This document shows positions 52,160 through 63,206 of a DNA stretch of 64,000 nucleotides, one piece after another (position 1 is the first letter of the stretch; each line of letters opens with the position of its first letter). The stretch lies in assembly GCA_026770705.1 (NCBI GenBank), contig JANJGN010000031.1, positions 992,001 to 1,056,000 of the forward strand, read 5' to 3'. The notes under the pieces were generated by a model, which was not told the DNA's origin, ran no database searches, and saw nothing but the letters and a program-made list of their open reading frames with translations. The DNA comes from Isurus oxyrinchus. Lineage: Eukaryota. Made by a program: the position numbers and the translations under genes.

Positions 52160-55100
52160 GGCATAGAAGCACAGAAAATAAGAGCAGGAGGAGGCCAAGC
52201 AGCCCTTCGGTCATGGCTGAACCTCTACCTCAATGCCAAACTCCCAGTTTTCCCCACGGCCCTGGACGCCTTCAGAGTCCAGAAATCTATCTATTTCCTT
52301 CTTGAATATATTCAACGACTTGACCTTCACAGCCTTCTGTGGGAGGGAATTCCATAGTTTCACCATCCTCTGAGTGAAGATGTTTCACCTCATCTCATCC
52401 TAAGTAGTCTAGCCCATATTCTGAGATTGTGACCGCTTGCTATAGAACCCTAGCCAGAGGAAACATCATCCCTGTATCCAGTCTGTCCAGTCCTGTCAGA
52501 ATTTTATAGGTTCCAATGGGATCCCATCTCCTTTCTCTGAACTCTAGTGAATATAGGTCTAGTCGGTCCAATCTCTCCTCTTAGGACCATCCTGACATCC
52601 CAGGAATCAGTCTGGTGAACCTTCACCGCACTCCCTCTATGGCAAGTATATCCTTTCTTAGGTAAGGAGACCAAACTGCACACAGTACTCCATCTGTGGT
52701 CTCACAAAGGTACTATACAGCTGCAATTAGACATCCTTGCTCTGGTAGTCAAGTCCTCTGGCAATGAAGGCCAGCATACCATTTGCCTTCTTAACTGCGT
52801 ACTGCACCTGCATGTTTGCTTTCAGTAATTGGTGTACAAGGACACACAGGTCCCTTTGTCCCTCATAATTTCCCAATCTATCACCATTTAATAGTACTCT
52901 GCCATTCTGTTTTGCCTACCACAGTGGATAACTTCACACTTATCCACATTTTACTGCATCTGTCATGCATTTTCCCACTCACTCATCTTGCCTAAATCGC
53001 CTTGAAGCCACTCAACATCATCATCACTCACATTCCCACTTAGATTTGTGCCATCGGCAAATTTGGAAATATTACATTTGATTCCCTCATCCAAATCATT
53101 GATATATATATTGTAAATAGCTGGGGTCTAGGCACTGATCCCTACAGTATTCCACAAATCACCGCCTGCCATTCCAAAAAAGACCCATCTTTACCTATGC
53201 TCTGTTTCTTGTCTGATAATCAATTCACAATCCATGCCAATATCTTAGCCCCAATCCCATATGCTTTAATTTTACACACTAACCTCTTACGTAGCATTTT
53301 ATCAAAAGCTTTCTGAAAATCCAAATACGCCACATCCACTGGTTCTCCCTTATCTATGCTGCTAGTTGTGTCTTAAAAAAAATCTGCAGTAGGTTTGTCA
53401 AACATGATTTCCCTTTCATAAATCCATGTTGACTTTTTCTAATCCCACTGATATTTTCTGAGTGTCCTGTTATTACATCTTTATAACAGGCCCTGCATTT
53501 TCCCCACCACTGATGTTAGGCTAACCGGCCTATAAGTCTCGGTTTTCTCCCACCCCCAACCCCCACACCCCACCCCCACCCCCGCCGCCTTTTATAAAAT
53601 AGTGGGGAGACATTTGCCACCCTCTAATATTCCAGGACTGTTCTAGAACCTACAGAACTTTGGAAGATGACAACCAACTCATTCATTATTTCCATGGCCG
53701 CCTCCTTTAGCACCCTGGGATATAGATTATCAGGCCTTGGAGATTTATCAGCTTTCAGTCCAATTAATTTCTCCAGCACTATGTGTTTAGTCATACTAAT
53801 TTCCTTCAATTCCTCCTTCTCTCTCGGCCCTCAATTCCCTAGCATTTCGGGGAAGTTATTTGTGTCTTCCTCGACAAACACAGAACGAAAGTAATGGCTT
53901 AATTACTCTGTGATTTCCTTGCCCTCCGTTATAAATTCTCCTGTTTCAGACTGTAAGGGGCCTACATTTGTCTTCGCTAATCTTTTCCTTTTTACATATA
54001 TATAGAAGCTTTTACAGTCGCATTTCTGTTCCTTGCAAGTCTACTCTCATACTCTATTTTTCTCCTCTTCATCAACCTCTTTGTCCTCCTTTGCTGAATT
54101 CTGAACTGCTCAAAGCTTCAGGTTTGCTACTTTTTCTAGTAACGTTGGAAATGTTTGCCATGGTTGGACTGCTTTTCGCGCTGTGTTTTTGCACCAGAAA
54201 GGAATGTATAACTGTTGCAATGCATACATTAGCTCCTTAAATATTAGCCATTGCTTACTCAACGTCATGCCTTTTAGTGAAGTTCCCCAATAAATGCCTC
54301 ATACCTTCATAGTTTCCTTTGTTTCGATTTAGGACCCTAGTTTCGGATTGGACAACTTCACTTTCTAAACTAAAGAAGAATTCTACCATGTTATGGTCAC
54401 TGGAAGGAGGCTGCACAGCAAGATAGTAATTAACCCATTCTCATTGCACAAAACCGAATCTAGAACAGCCTTTGTTGGTTCCTCGGCGTACTGGTCTAAA
54501 AAAACCAGCTCGGACACGCTTCAGGAATTCATCTTGTCGTATATACTGTCATTTGTGCATTGAAGTTTAAAGTCCTTGTATTCTGTGCCTTGCGAATGCA
54601 GAACAATAAGGTGCCAGTTGTGTTTAAAAATAACCCAATTGACATCATTGTCATCATCCAGGACGAGGTAATACGACTCTCTGCACGCTTCTTTATAAAT
54701 CTTCGTAGCCAGTTTAGCGATAGGTGAATCAGCTGGCAAACCTCCGTACAATAAATCCCTGACCCAAGTATCACTGGGCTAATAGAAAAACAAAGGCAAA
54801 AAATAATTTGTTAATTTGGTTTGCCCAGCCTATACGTAGATTAAAGTCACCCATGATTGCTGTAGCACTATTGTTACATGCACCTCTAATTTCCTATTTA
54901 GTACAGTCTCCTACCTTACCACTACCTTTTGGAGGCCTATAGACAACTTCCTCTGATGTTTCCCACCCCTTGTTACTTCTTGGCGCCACCAAGACTTATT
55001 CTACATCTAGATTTTCTGTGCCAATATCCTCTCTCACTGCTGCAATGATTTCATCTTTAACTAACAATTCCACACCACCTCCTTCTCCTTTTTGACTGTC

Positions 55101-55190
55101 CATACTAAATATCGAACACCCTTGGATATTGGTCACCCTGCAGCCATGTCTCTTTAATCACAATCATACGATACCCATTTACATCTATTC
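52160..55190 (-). mobile_element. CR1-type LINE (continues at ~56812-57140 after a nested element)
   Basis: LKADKSPRPDNLYPRVLKE, plus continuous reverse-complement homology to 55191-56811. Confidence 0.85.
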
Positions 55191-56811
55191 TAGGGAAATG
55201 GTGTTGGAGGATTTGTTGGGATTGAAGGCCAATAAATCTCCAGGGCTTGATAATCTACATCTCAGAGTACTGAAGGAAGTGGCCCTATAAATATTGGATG
55301 CTTTGGTGGTCATCTTCCGAGATTCTGTAGACTCTAGAACAGTTCCTATAGATTGAAGGGTAGCTAATGTAACCCCACTATTTAAAAAGGGAGGTGGAGA
55401 GAAAGCTGGGAATTATAGTCCAGTCAGCCTGAAGTCGATATTGGTGAAAATTTTAGAGTCCATTATAAAGGATTTAATAGTTGAGCACTTGGAAAACAGT
55501 GGGAGAATCTGACAGAATCAGCATGGATTTACGGAAGGGAAATCATGCTAGATAAATCTACTGGAATTTTTCGAGAATGTAACTGGTAAAGTTGATGAGG
55601 GGGAGCCAGTCGATGTGGATTACTTGGACTTTCAGAAGGCTTTCACAAAGTTCCACATAAGAGATAAGAGTTTGAACTTAAAGTGCATGGGATTGGGGGT
55701 AGTGTATTGAGATGAATACAAAACTAGTTGGCAGACAGGAAACAAGGAGTAGAAATAAATGGGTATTTTTCCGAATGGCAGGCAGTGACTAGTGGGGTAC
55801 CGCATGGATTGGTGCTGGGACCCAGCTATTCAAAATATATATTAATGATTAAGATTAAAGAACTAAATGTAATGTCTCCAAATTTGCAGATGACAAAATT
55901 TTGGGTGGGAGGGTGAGCGGTGAGAAGGATGCAGAGATGCTTCAGTGTGATGTGGACAAGAGCAGTGAGTGGGAAAATGCATGCCAGATGTAGCATAATG
56001 TTGATAAATGAGAGGTTATCCACGCTCGTAACAAAAAAAGGAAGGCAGATTATTATCTGAATGACTATAAATTCAGAGAGGGGAATGTACAATGAGACCT
56101 GGGTGTCCTCATACACCAGTTGCTGAAGGTACCCATGCAGGTGTAGCAGGTGGTAAAAAAGGCACATGGTATGTTGGCCTTCATAGCCAGAGGATTCGAG
56201 TACAGGAGCAGGGATGACTCACTAAAATTGTACAGTTCTTTGGTGAGACCACGCCAGGAATATTGTGTGCACTTTTGGTTTCCTTGTCTGAGGAAGGATG
56301 TTCTTGCGATTGAGGGGTGTAACGATAGTTTGCCAGACCAATTCCTGGGCTGACGGAACAGGCATTTGAGTAGAGATTGAGTTGGTTAAGATTATATTCG
56401 CTGGAATTGAGATGGACGAGGGCGGATCTCACAGAAACGTATAAAATTCTAACAGGACTTGTCAGGGTAGATGCGGGAAGGATGTTCCCGATGGTGGGGG
56501 AGTCCAGAACCGGGAGTCATAATCTGAGGATATGGGGTAGACTATTTAGCACTGAGATGAGGAGAAATTTCTTCACCCAGAGACTGGAGAGCCTGTGGAA
56601 TTCGCTATCACAGAAAGTAATTAAGTCCAAAACATTGTATGTTTTCAAGAAGGAGTTAGATATAGTTCTTGGGCCAAAAGGGATCAAATTATATTGGAAG
56701 AAAGCAGGAACAGACTATTGAGTTGGATGATCAGTCATGATCATAATGAATGGTGGAGCAGGGTCGAAAGGAAGAATGGCCTATCCTGCCCCTGTTTTCT
56801 ACGTATCTATG
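55191..56811 (+). mobile_element. CR1-type LINE nested in opposite orientation
   Basis: VTSGVPHG, LAFIARGFEYRS and RRNFFTQR, with a 3' tail ending TCTATGT. Confidence 0.88.
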
Positions 56812-58154
56812 TACAGTGCCTTTAGACTTGTCTCTTTACTCATCTTTTTGGTACTATGGCCTTATTTGTTTCTAGCCCCTCTTTCCACTTTTCTGTCTTT
56901 CATTTATATATTTAGGTCCCTCTTTTCTGTCTCCCCACTCAGTTCCCATTCCACTGCCACTCTAGTTTTAACCCTCCCCTACTGTACCAGCGAATATGCC
57001 TGCGGGAATAATGGACCTGATTCTGCTGGGGTGCAACCCAACTCCTCAACTCGGATACGATGCTCCTTGAGCTGCAAAAACTTACTACAAATGTGTTCAC
57101 TCTGGTGTCCAGCAGCGCCCACATGCTGCACCAGCAGTACATCACCGTACTGCTATAACTATTGTATATTACTTAATTGATTAATTAATAACTCTAGTAT
57201 CTCTGTTCTTTACACTTGAAGAATCCCTCGCTTTTTATACTCCATTGGAATGTTTGTTTACATCAGTATTGATCTTATACTCAGCAAACTGCTTTTAAGA
57301 AAAGGGGAGAAAAAAATCTAGAGACCTAAACACAAACTAAAGACATTGCTTTTACTTTAACGACTAGGAATAATTTTTTCATACATTCATGAGATGTGGG
57401 TGTCGCTGGCTTTGCCAGGATTTAGGGGCCATTCCTAATTTCCCCTGTACAGAACGCATTTAGGCCAGACCAGGTAAGGACAACAAATTTTCTTCCCTCA
57501 AGAAGACTAGTGAACAAGATGGATTTTCACAACAATCAACAATGGTCATCATTGGACTTTCAAATCCATATTTTTATTGAATTCAAATTCTACTATCTGC
57601 CTACGGTGGAAACAGGACTTGTAGAGATTTAAGGACCAATGAGGCACCAGAATGGACCTTGGGGCTGCAAGTCAATTTCCTTGAGTGAAGACACTTTGAA
57701 AGGACACTGGAAGACTCACCCTGGTGTGGCAGGGAGGAGGAAGCCTTTTGAAAAGTCAGAAGGAACAGGAGACCTGATCAACAGGCTACAGATCCGCTGA
57801 GAGCATAGCATAATATATAAATACATTGTAATGTTTTTTTGAAATGTGTTAATTAATTAATGAGGAAAGACCTTTTCTCCAGTTTGGCATGTTAGTGGCC
57901 CATTAAGTAATGTTGAGTCGAAGTTGATTTTAGTTTTTTTACCATAAAATCTTAAAACATGAAATATTGGCATGTGATTGTTAGTAGCCAGGAAATTCAT
58001 ATCTCCTTTAAAAATCATTTGGTCTCCATGGGGTTTGTAACATGATATCGCACCTCAAACTTCTAAGTGTGATAGCTTACACCCTTTGCATACAATCCAA
58101 GGAGTATACAGAGCTGGTATGGGAGAGATTTATAAGAAAATACCTTTCAGAGTG

Positions 58155-59450
58155 TAAGAACTTAAGAAACAGGAGTAGGAACATACACGTATACATACAC
58201 ATTTAGAGCAGGAGCAGGCCATTCAGCCCTTCGTGCCTTCTCTGCCTTTCAACAAGATCATGGTTAATCTGATTGTGGCCTCAATGCCACTATCGTGCCA
58301 ACTCTAATACCCTTTGATTCCCTTGTTAATCAAGAGTCTATCTACCTCTGCCTTAGAAATATTCAATGGCCTGGCTTCTAACACTGTCTCCATAGACACA
58401 GGACTCTCAGAGAAAAAAGTTCTCCACATCTCTGTCTTTGATGGAAGAGCTGTGATCCCTAGTTTTGGTCTGTCCTGTCAGGCCGAACATTCTTTCCACA
58501 TTAACTCAGCTAAGACTCCTCAGGATCCTGCACGTTTCATTTAGATCAATTGTCATTCTTCTAAACTACAATAGCTATCTCCCAAACAATACAAATTTTC
58601 TTCATAGAATATTCCCCCTAGCCTATGCCAGGAATCAGTTGAGTAAACATTCTTTGAACCGCTTTCAATACAATTATGCCCGTTCTTAAATAAGGAGACC
58701 AAAATTGTTCAGAATACCCCAGATGTGGTCCCACCAATGCCCTGCACGACATGAGAAAACATCCCTATTTTCATATCCCATTCCAATTGCAATAAGCAAC
58801 AGCATACAAAGTGCCTTCATAATCACATGTTGCATCTGCAATACCTTTTTTTGAGAGTCACGTACGAGGACACCCTGATCCCTCTGTACCTCTGTAAACT
58901 CTCTTCATTTAGAGAAAAAGCTGTTTTTTTATTCTTCCTGACAAAGTAGATAAATTCACATTTTCCCACATTAAACTCCATCTGCCAAATGTTTGCACAC
59001 TGCTAACCAATCTATATTACTTTACAGACTCCTTCTGTCCGTTTAAGAACTTACTTTCCTATCTATCTTTGTGTCATCAGCAAATTAGCAACTATAAATT
59101 CGACCCCTTCATCCAAATCATTGATATAGATTGTAAATAGTTAAGGCTCCAGCACTGATCCCTGTAGCACTCGTTACATCTTTCCAACCCAACAATCACC
59201 CATTTATGCCTGCTCTTGGTTTCCTGTTAGCTAGCCAATCCTTTATCCATGTTAATATGATACGCCAACACCATGAGGACTTACTTTGTATCATAACCTT
59301 TGATGTGGCACTTTTCAAATGTCTTCTGAATCTAAGTACACCACGCCTACAAGTTCCCCTTTATCCACTTTGCTACTTACTTCCTCTAAGAGCTCTAGTA
59401 AATTAGTAAAACATGATTTCCTTATCATAAAAACATGTTGACCCTGCCTG
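58155..59450 (-). mobile_element. CR1-type LINE, old 3' part
   Basis: Homology to the other minus-strand CR1 copies; TAAGAAC tail repeats at the left end. Confidence 0.75.
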
Positions 59451-60187
59451 CTGTAGAGGAATTGATAGGATTTTAAAATGTAAATAACAGTAAATGATCA
59501 GTAAGAAAAACAGGAAGAAAGCATTCAGCCCCTTGACTGCTCTCCCATTCAATAAGATCATAGCTGCTTTGATCATGACTTTAACTCAACATTCCCGGCT
59601 GCGCCCCATCCCCCTCCACCCATTAACGTTGAATCTTCTACACTTCAAAAGTCTGTCAAACTTTGTCTTGAATATGTTCAATGGCCAGTCTCCATTGCAA
59701 TCTGGGGTAGAAAATTCCAAAGATTACTGATCCTCTGTAGGAATAATTGTCTCCTTATTCCCATCTTAAATAGAAGGTCCTTTTTTCTGAGACTATGTAT
59801 CCGGTTTCACAATCCCCACGACAAGAGCATCGTCTTAGCATCCGAACGATCAGGCCCTCTTCAGAATATTGCGTTTCAATAAGATCACCTCTGATTGTTT
59901 GAAAATTTAATATTAGGAGTTTCCCACTATGTTGTAGACTCCTCCCATCTGCATCAAACACCGTCTAGTGTTTCCTTTTTCCCTTTTGAACAGTTCAATT
60001 AAATCACCCCTCACTATTCTAAATTCAGGGAATGCAGCAAGGTTAATGCAACCTGTCTTCTTAATTTACCCCACGAAATCCCGGTTTTGTTCTGGTGAAT
60101 CTGAGTTGTGAACCCTTCAGTTTTGTCCTGTTCACTATCACCTCCCACACCAACCCCACCACCCCACCCCCAACATTTGCTTTTGCA

Positions 60188-60292
60188 ACTTCCTGCCGCT
60201 CGCAGTTCCACATAATCCAATCAGGGAATGAGGGGCGGGGCTGATAAAAAAGGGCGGGGCTGTCACTCTGAATTGGCGGGGCTGGGCTGTCA
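60188..60292 (+). promoter_or_regulatory. V60 promoter region: ETS-like site, CCAAT, three GC boxes
   Basis: ACTTCCTG (60188), CCAAT (60217), and GGCGGGG at ~60232, 60252 and 60275, just upstream of the putative leader. Confidence 0.5.
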
Positions 60293-60365
60293 ATCAGTGT
60301 GAGGAGGAGCATTGTATTTCCAGTGTTTTCTTACCAGTGATACAGATTGGTTAAAAGGGAACCTG

Positions 60366-60411
60366 AAGTGGAAAAAGTATCTGTTGCTGGCTGCGTTAAC
60401 CATGTTTCACT
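60366..60411 (+). pseudogene. Leader exon of V60 with lost start codon
   Basis: AAG TGG AAA AAG TAT CTG TTG CTG GCT GCG TTA ACC ATG TTT CAC T|GT: 46 bp, hydrophobic core YLLLAALTMF, phase 1. AAG stands where ATG is expected. Confidence 0.55.
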
Positions 60412-60600
60412 GTTATGAACTTGCCAGGCAACAATTCCTATTCAGCCTTTAGCTTCCAGTCCCACTTGCTGACCTTCCCTTACTCTCTCTCCTTCTTGTC
60501 TTTTTCTATTTCTCTACATTTATATCTTTCCTTCCTTTGTTTCCCCAACACCCAATATACCCCCTTTAATAACGGCTTAGGCTCGCCTTCTCTTCCCCAG

Positions 60601-60828
60601 ATGCGAACGCACAGACTATCCGCCAGACTCCCTTACATGTTCTGATACAGATAATACTCGGGGAACGAGCTGCACTTTCTGTTTTACTCCACAGGCACCA
60701 ATATTGTAAATCCAGTGGGGCCGGTGGAGGATTTCACCGCCTGAAGACCGCGAGACTCCGAGTTCAAGTTGGAGTCCCCCAGCCTGCGGGCGGATCACTC
60801 AGGCGTGTACTATTGCGCCTGGAGCCTG
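60601..60828 (+). pseudogene. TRBV: TRBV30-like V exon pseudogene with 68-bp deletion (V60)
   Basis: TCTTCCCCAG| acceptor, then ANAQTIRQTP[del]YMF*YR*YSGNELHFLFYSTGTNIVNPVGPVEDFTA*RPRDSEFKLESPSLRADHSGVYYCAWSL. The exon is 228 bp versus 296 bp for V63. Confidence 0.92.
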
Positions 60829-60867
60829 TACAGTGACTCAGAGAGATGGAGCAGCTGAACAAAGACC
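60829..60867 (+). other. 23-RSS of V60 (heptamer mutated)
   Basis: TACAGTG (first C of CAC lost), exactly 23 bp spacer, ACAAAGACC. Confidence 0.85.
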
Positions 60868-61460
60868 CCAAAGGCTGCAGGAAACAGTTTTGAACGATAA
60901 AAGTGCGCGGTGGCTGCACCTGCTGTGTTTTGTTTTTCTTGCAGAGCGAGCATTGTTTTTGACAATAAGAGAAAAGGCTACAACGAAAGTGACTGATCAG
61001 GTTGAGGAGCACTGGAGAAAGTGAAAAGGAAAATTAACGAGGAGGTTACCAGAACTGAGAGGCTATAGTTAGCAGAAAAGGATTGGCAGCCTTATTTCTA
61101 ATGGATTAAGTGCATTGAAATATATTCATTATAGAGGTTCTTGAAATTGTGAAAGTTGTTTGATAGGGCAGATAAAGTGAACATATTTCCACTTTCTAGG
61201 AAGATCAAAACGATTAGAAGACGCCATCAGTAATACATTTAACTGGGAATCTGGGCGAAACTAACCCTGAGGGTGGTGAGAATGTGGTTGGAGAAAGGAT
61301 ATACTAAAGGTGAAATTACACAAACACGTGAGAGAGAAATAAATAGATTCAACTAAGTAACGTTAAGAAAGAAAGATAAGAGATAAATAGAAAGGGAGAG
61401 GGAAGTTTAGAGAAAGAAGGACAACAGAAAAGAGACAGAGAGAGAGGGCGAGTGAAATCA

Positions 61461-61720
61461 CTAAGATAAAAGCAAAATACTGCAGATGCTGGAAATCTGA
61501 AACAAAAACAGAAATTATGAAAAACTGAGCAGCATATGTGGAGAGATAAAGAGCATTTTGAGTCCGTATGACCCTTGTTCAGAGCTCAAGAGAAGTGGAA
61601 ATGTGATGAAACTTATAGGGGGATGGGGCAGGTGGAGCTGGATAGAAGGCCAGTGATAGGTGGAAGCAAAGAAGAGATTGACAAAGATGTCATGAACTAA
61701 GGAACAACGGGAATGTTAAT
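61461..61720 (-). mobile_element. Penelope-derived 3'-tail fragment
   Basis: CTGCAGATGCTGGAAATCTGAAACAAAAACAGAA tail with a decayed hammerhead. Similar scraps occur at ~9005-9090, 28300-28465 and 29213-29262. Confidence 0.7.
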
Positions 61721-62497
61721 GTTACTGGTTACCTAAACCGCGTCAGGACTATATTTTACCTTCAACTGGCCACCTCGAGTCCACATTTCTCAGCACACTG
61801 ACCCAACAAAAATCCATCAATCTCAGTTTTGTAATGTAAGATTAACCCCCCATTAATCTTTTGCTGGGAGACGGTTCCAGATTTCCACAACCATTTGTGA
61901 GAGGAAATATTTCCTCACATCACCCTGAAAGACCTGTCTCTAATTGTGAAGTTATACTATTTTTTCAGGTGTGGGAATCTAGAAAATGAGGTACCTATCG
62001 CCTGCGATTACTGCTTTCGAAATCCATGAAAGAAACTCAAATGTGGGTCTTTCATGCAGAAGGTAAGACAGACAAGGTTATGCAACCTGTCCTCATGATT
62101 TAAAACCGTAAACGCAGGTATAATTCTGTTGAATAAGCTTTGTACTCCCTCCAGGTCCAATTCATCCTTCCTGAGGTGTCTGCCCCGAATGGAAAGAAGG
62201 ATTCCCGAAGGAACTTGCTCTGGGTTCCCTCCAATGAGCCAGAACTTCCTCCGTTTCGCCTTCTAGTTCCCTTCAAGTAAAAAATCCATTGGACTGTATG
62301 ATTCTTCCTCATACAGCGAGACAACTAATTCCCTTTGCAGCTCCAGACATCCTTGCTTCCCACGAGATAGAACCTATTCTGCTCTATCTTTGTGAGGTCG
62401 ACCCTGGATGACTTGAGAATGGTTCACATTAAACTGCATCTGCCGCGCCTTTACCCAAGCTGTCCCCTTTCAAACGCCCCGTTCCGCGCAATAATAA

Positions 62498-62534
62498 GGG
62501 TGGGGCTTTCAATCAGAGGAGGCGGGGCGTGGCC
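62498..62534 (+). promoter_or_regulatory. V63 promoter-like GC/GT boxes
   Basis: GGGTGGGG, CAATCAG and GGCGGGGCG; similar arrangement to the V60 upstream region. Confidence 0.4.
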
Positions 62535-62870
62535 TTTTACACCTAAATCATTTCCTTAAGCTCTTCATGTTTTCCTCAATGATTTTAAACAAGCAGGTCA
62601 GCTCCCAACAAGACTCCATCTTCTTGGCTCAGCTCATTTCCTTATTACAGGAAAGGTTTACCAGTCAACATATACGTGGTTTTGAGTTTCCTGAGCTTAT
62701 TTCAATGCCAGTGATTTTTTTTATGCAATAACCTGTTTAACAACAATTCTTTATATTTCCTTTCCTTCATTATTCCTTTCCTTCCCTTCCTTTCTTTCTT
62801 TCCCTCCTTCCTTCTTCACCTCTAAGATTTCTTCAGTTCTGACCTCCTCCTCACCCTGTCTCTTCCCCAG

Positions 62871-63166
62871 ACGTGAACTTGCAGCCGATCTGCCAGACTC
62901 CCGCCGCTATCTACAAATTTCCTAGGCAGGCAGTGGAACTGAATTGCGAGGTAGAGGGCAGGAGTATCCCTGCTAATTACGGGTACAGACAACACCAGGA
63001 GAAAGTGTCCCAAGTAATGTTTTACTCCAGTAATATCAGCCACGTGAGTTCAGAGGGGCCGGTGGACGGTTTCACCGCCGAGCGACCGACTGGCTCCAAG
63101 TTCAAGCTGCAGTTCTCCACCCTGCGGGCGGATCACTCGGCCATGTATTACTGCGCCTGGCGTCTT
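62871..63166 (+). CDS. TRBV: TRBV30-like V exon, open frame but probably non-functional (V63)
   Basis: TCTTCCCCAG| acceptor, then VNLQPICQTPAAIYKFPRQAVELNCEVEGRSIPANYGYRQHQEKVSQVMFYSSNISHVSSEGPVDGFTAERPTGSKFKLQFSTLRADHSAMYYCAWRL. Both Ig cysteines are present, the conserved Trp reads GGG (Gly), and no intact leader was recognised. Confidence 0.92.
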
Positions 63167-63206
63167 CACAGTGATTTAAAGAGATGGAGTATCTCAAACA
63201 AACACC
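63167..63206 (+). other. RSS of V63
   Basis: Perfect CACAGTG (63167-63173). The best nonamer, ACAAACACC at 63198-63206, gives a 24-bp spacer homologous to that of V60. Confidence 0.88.
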
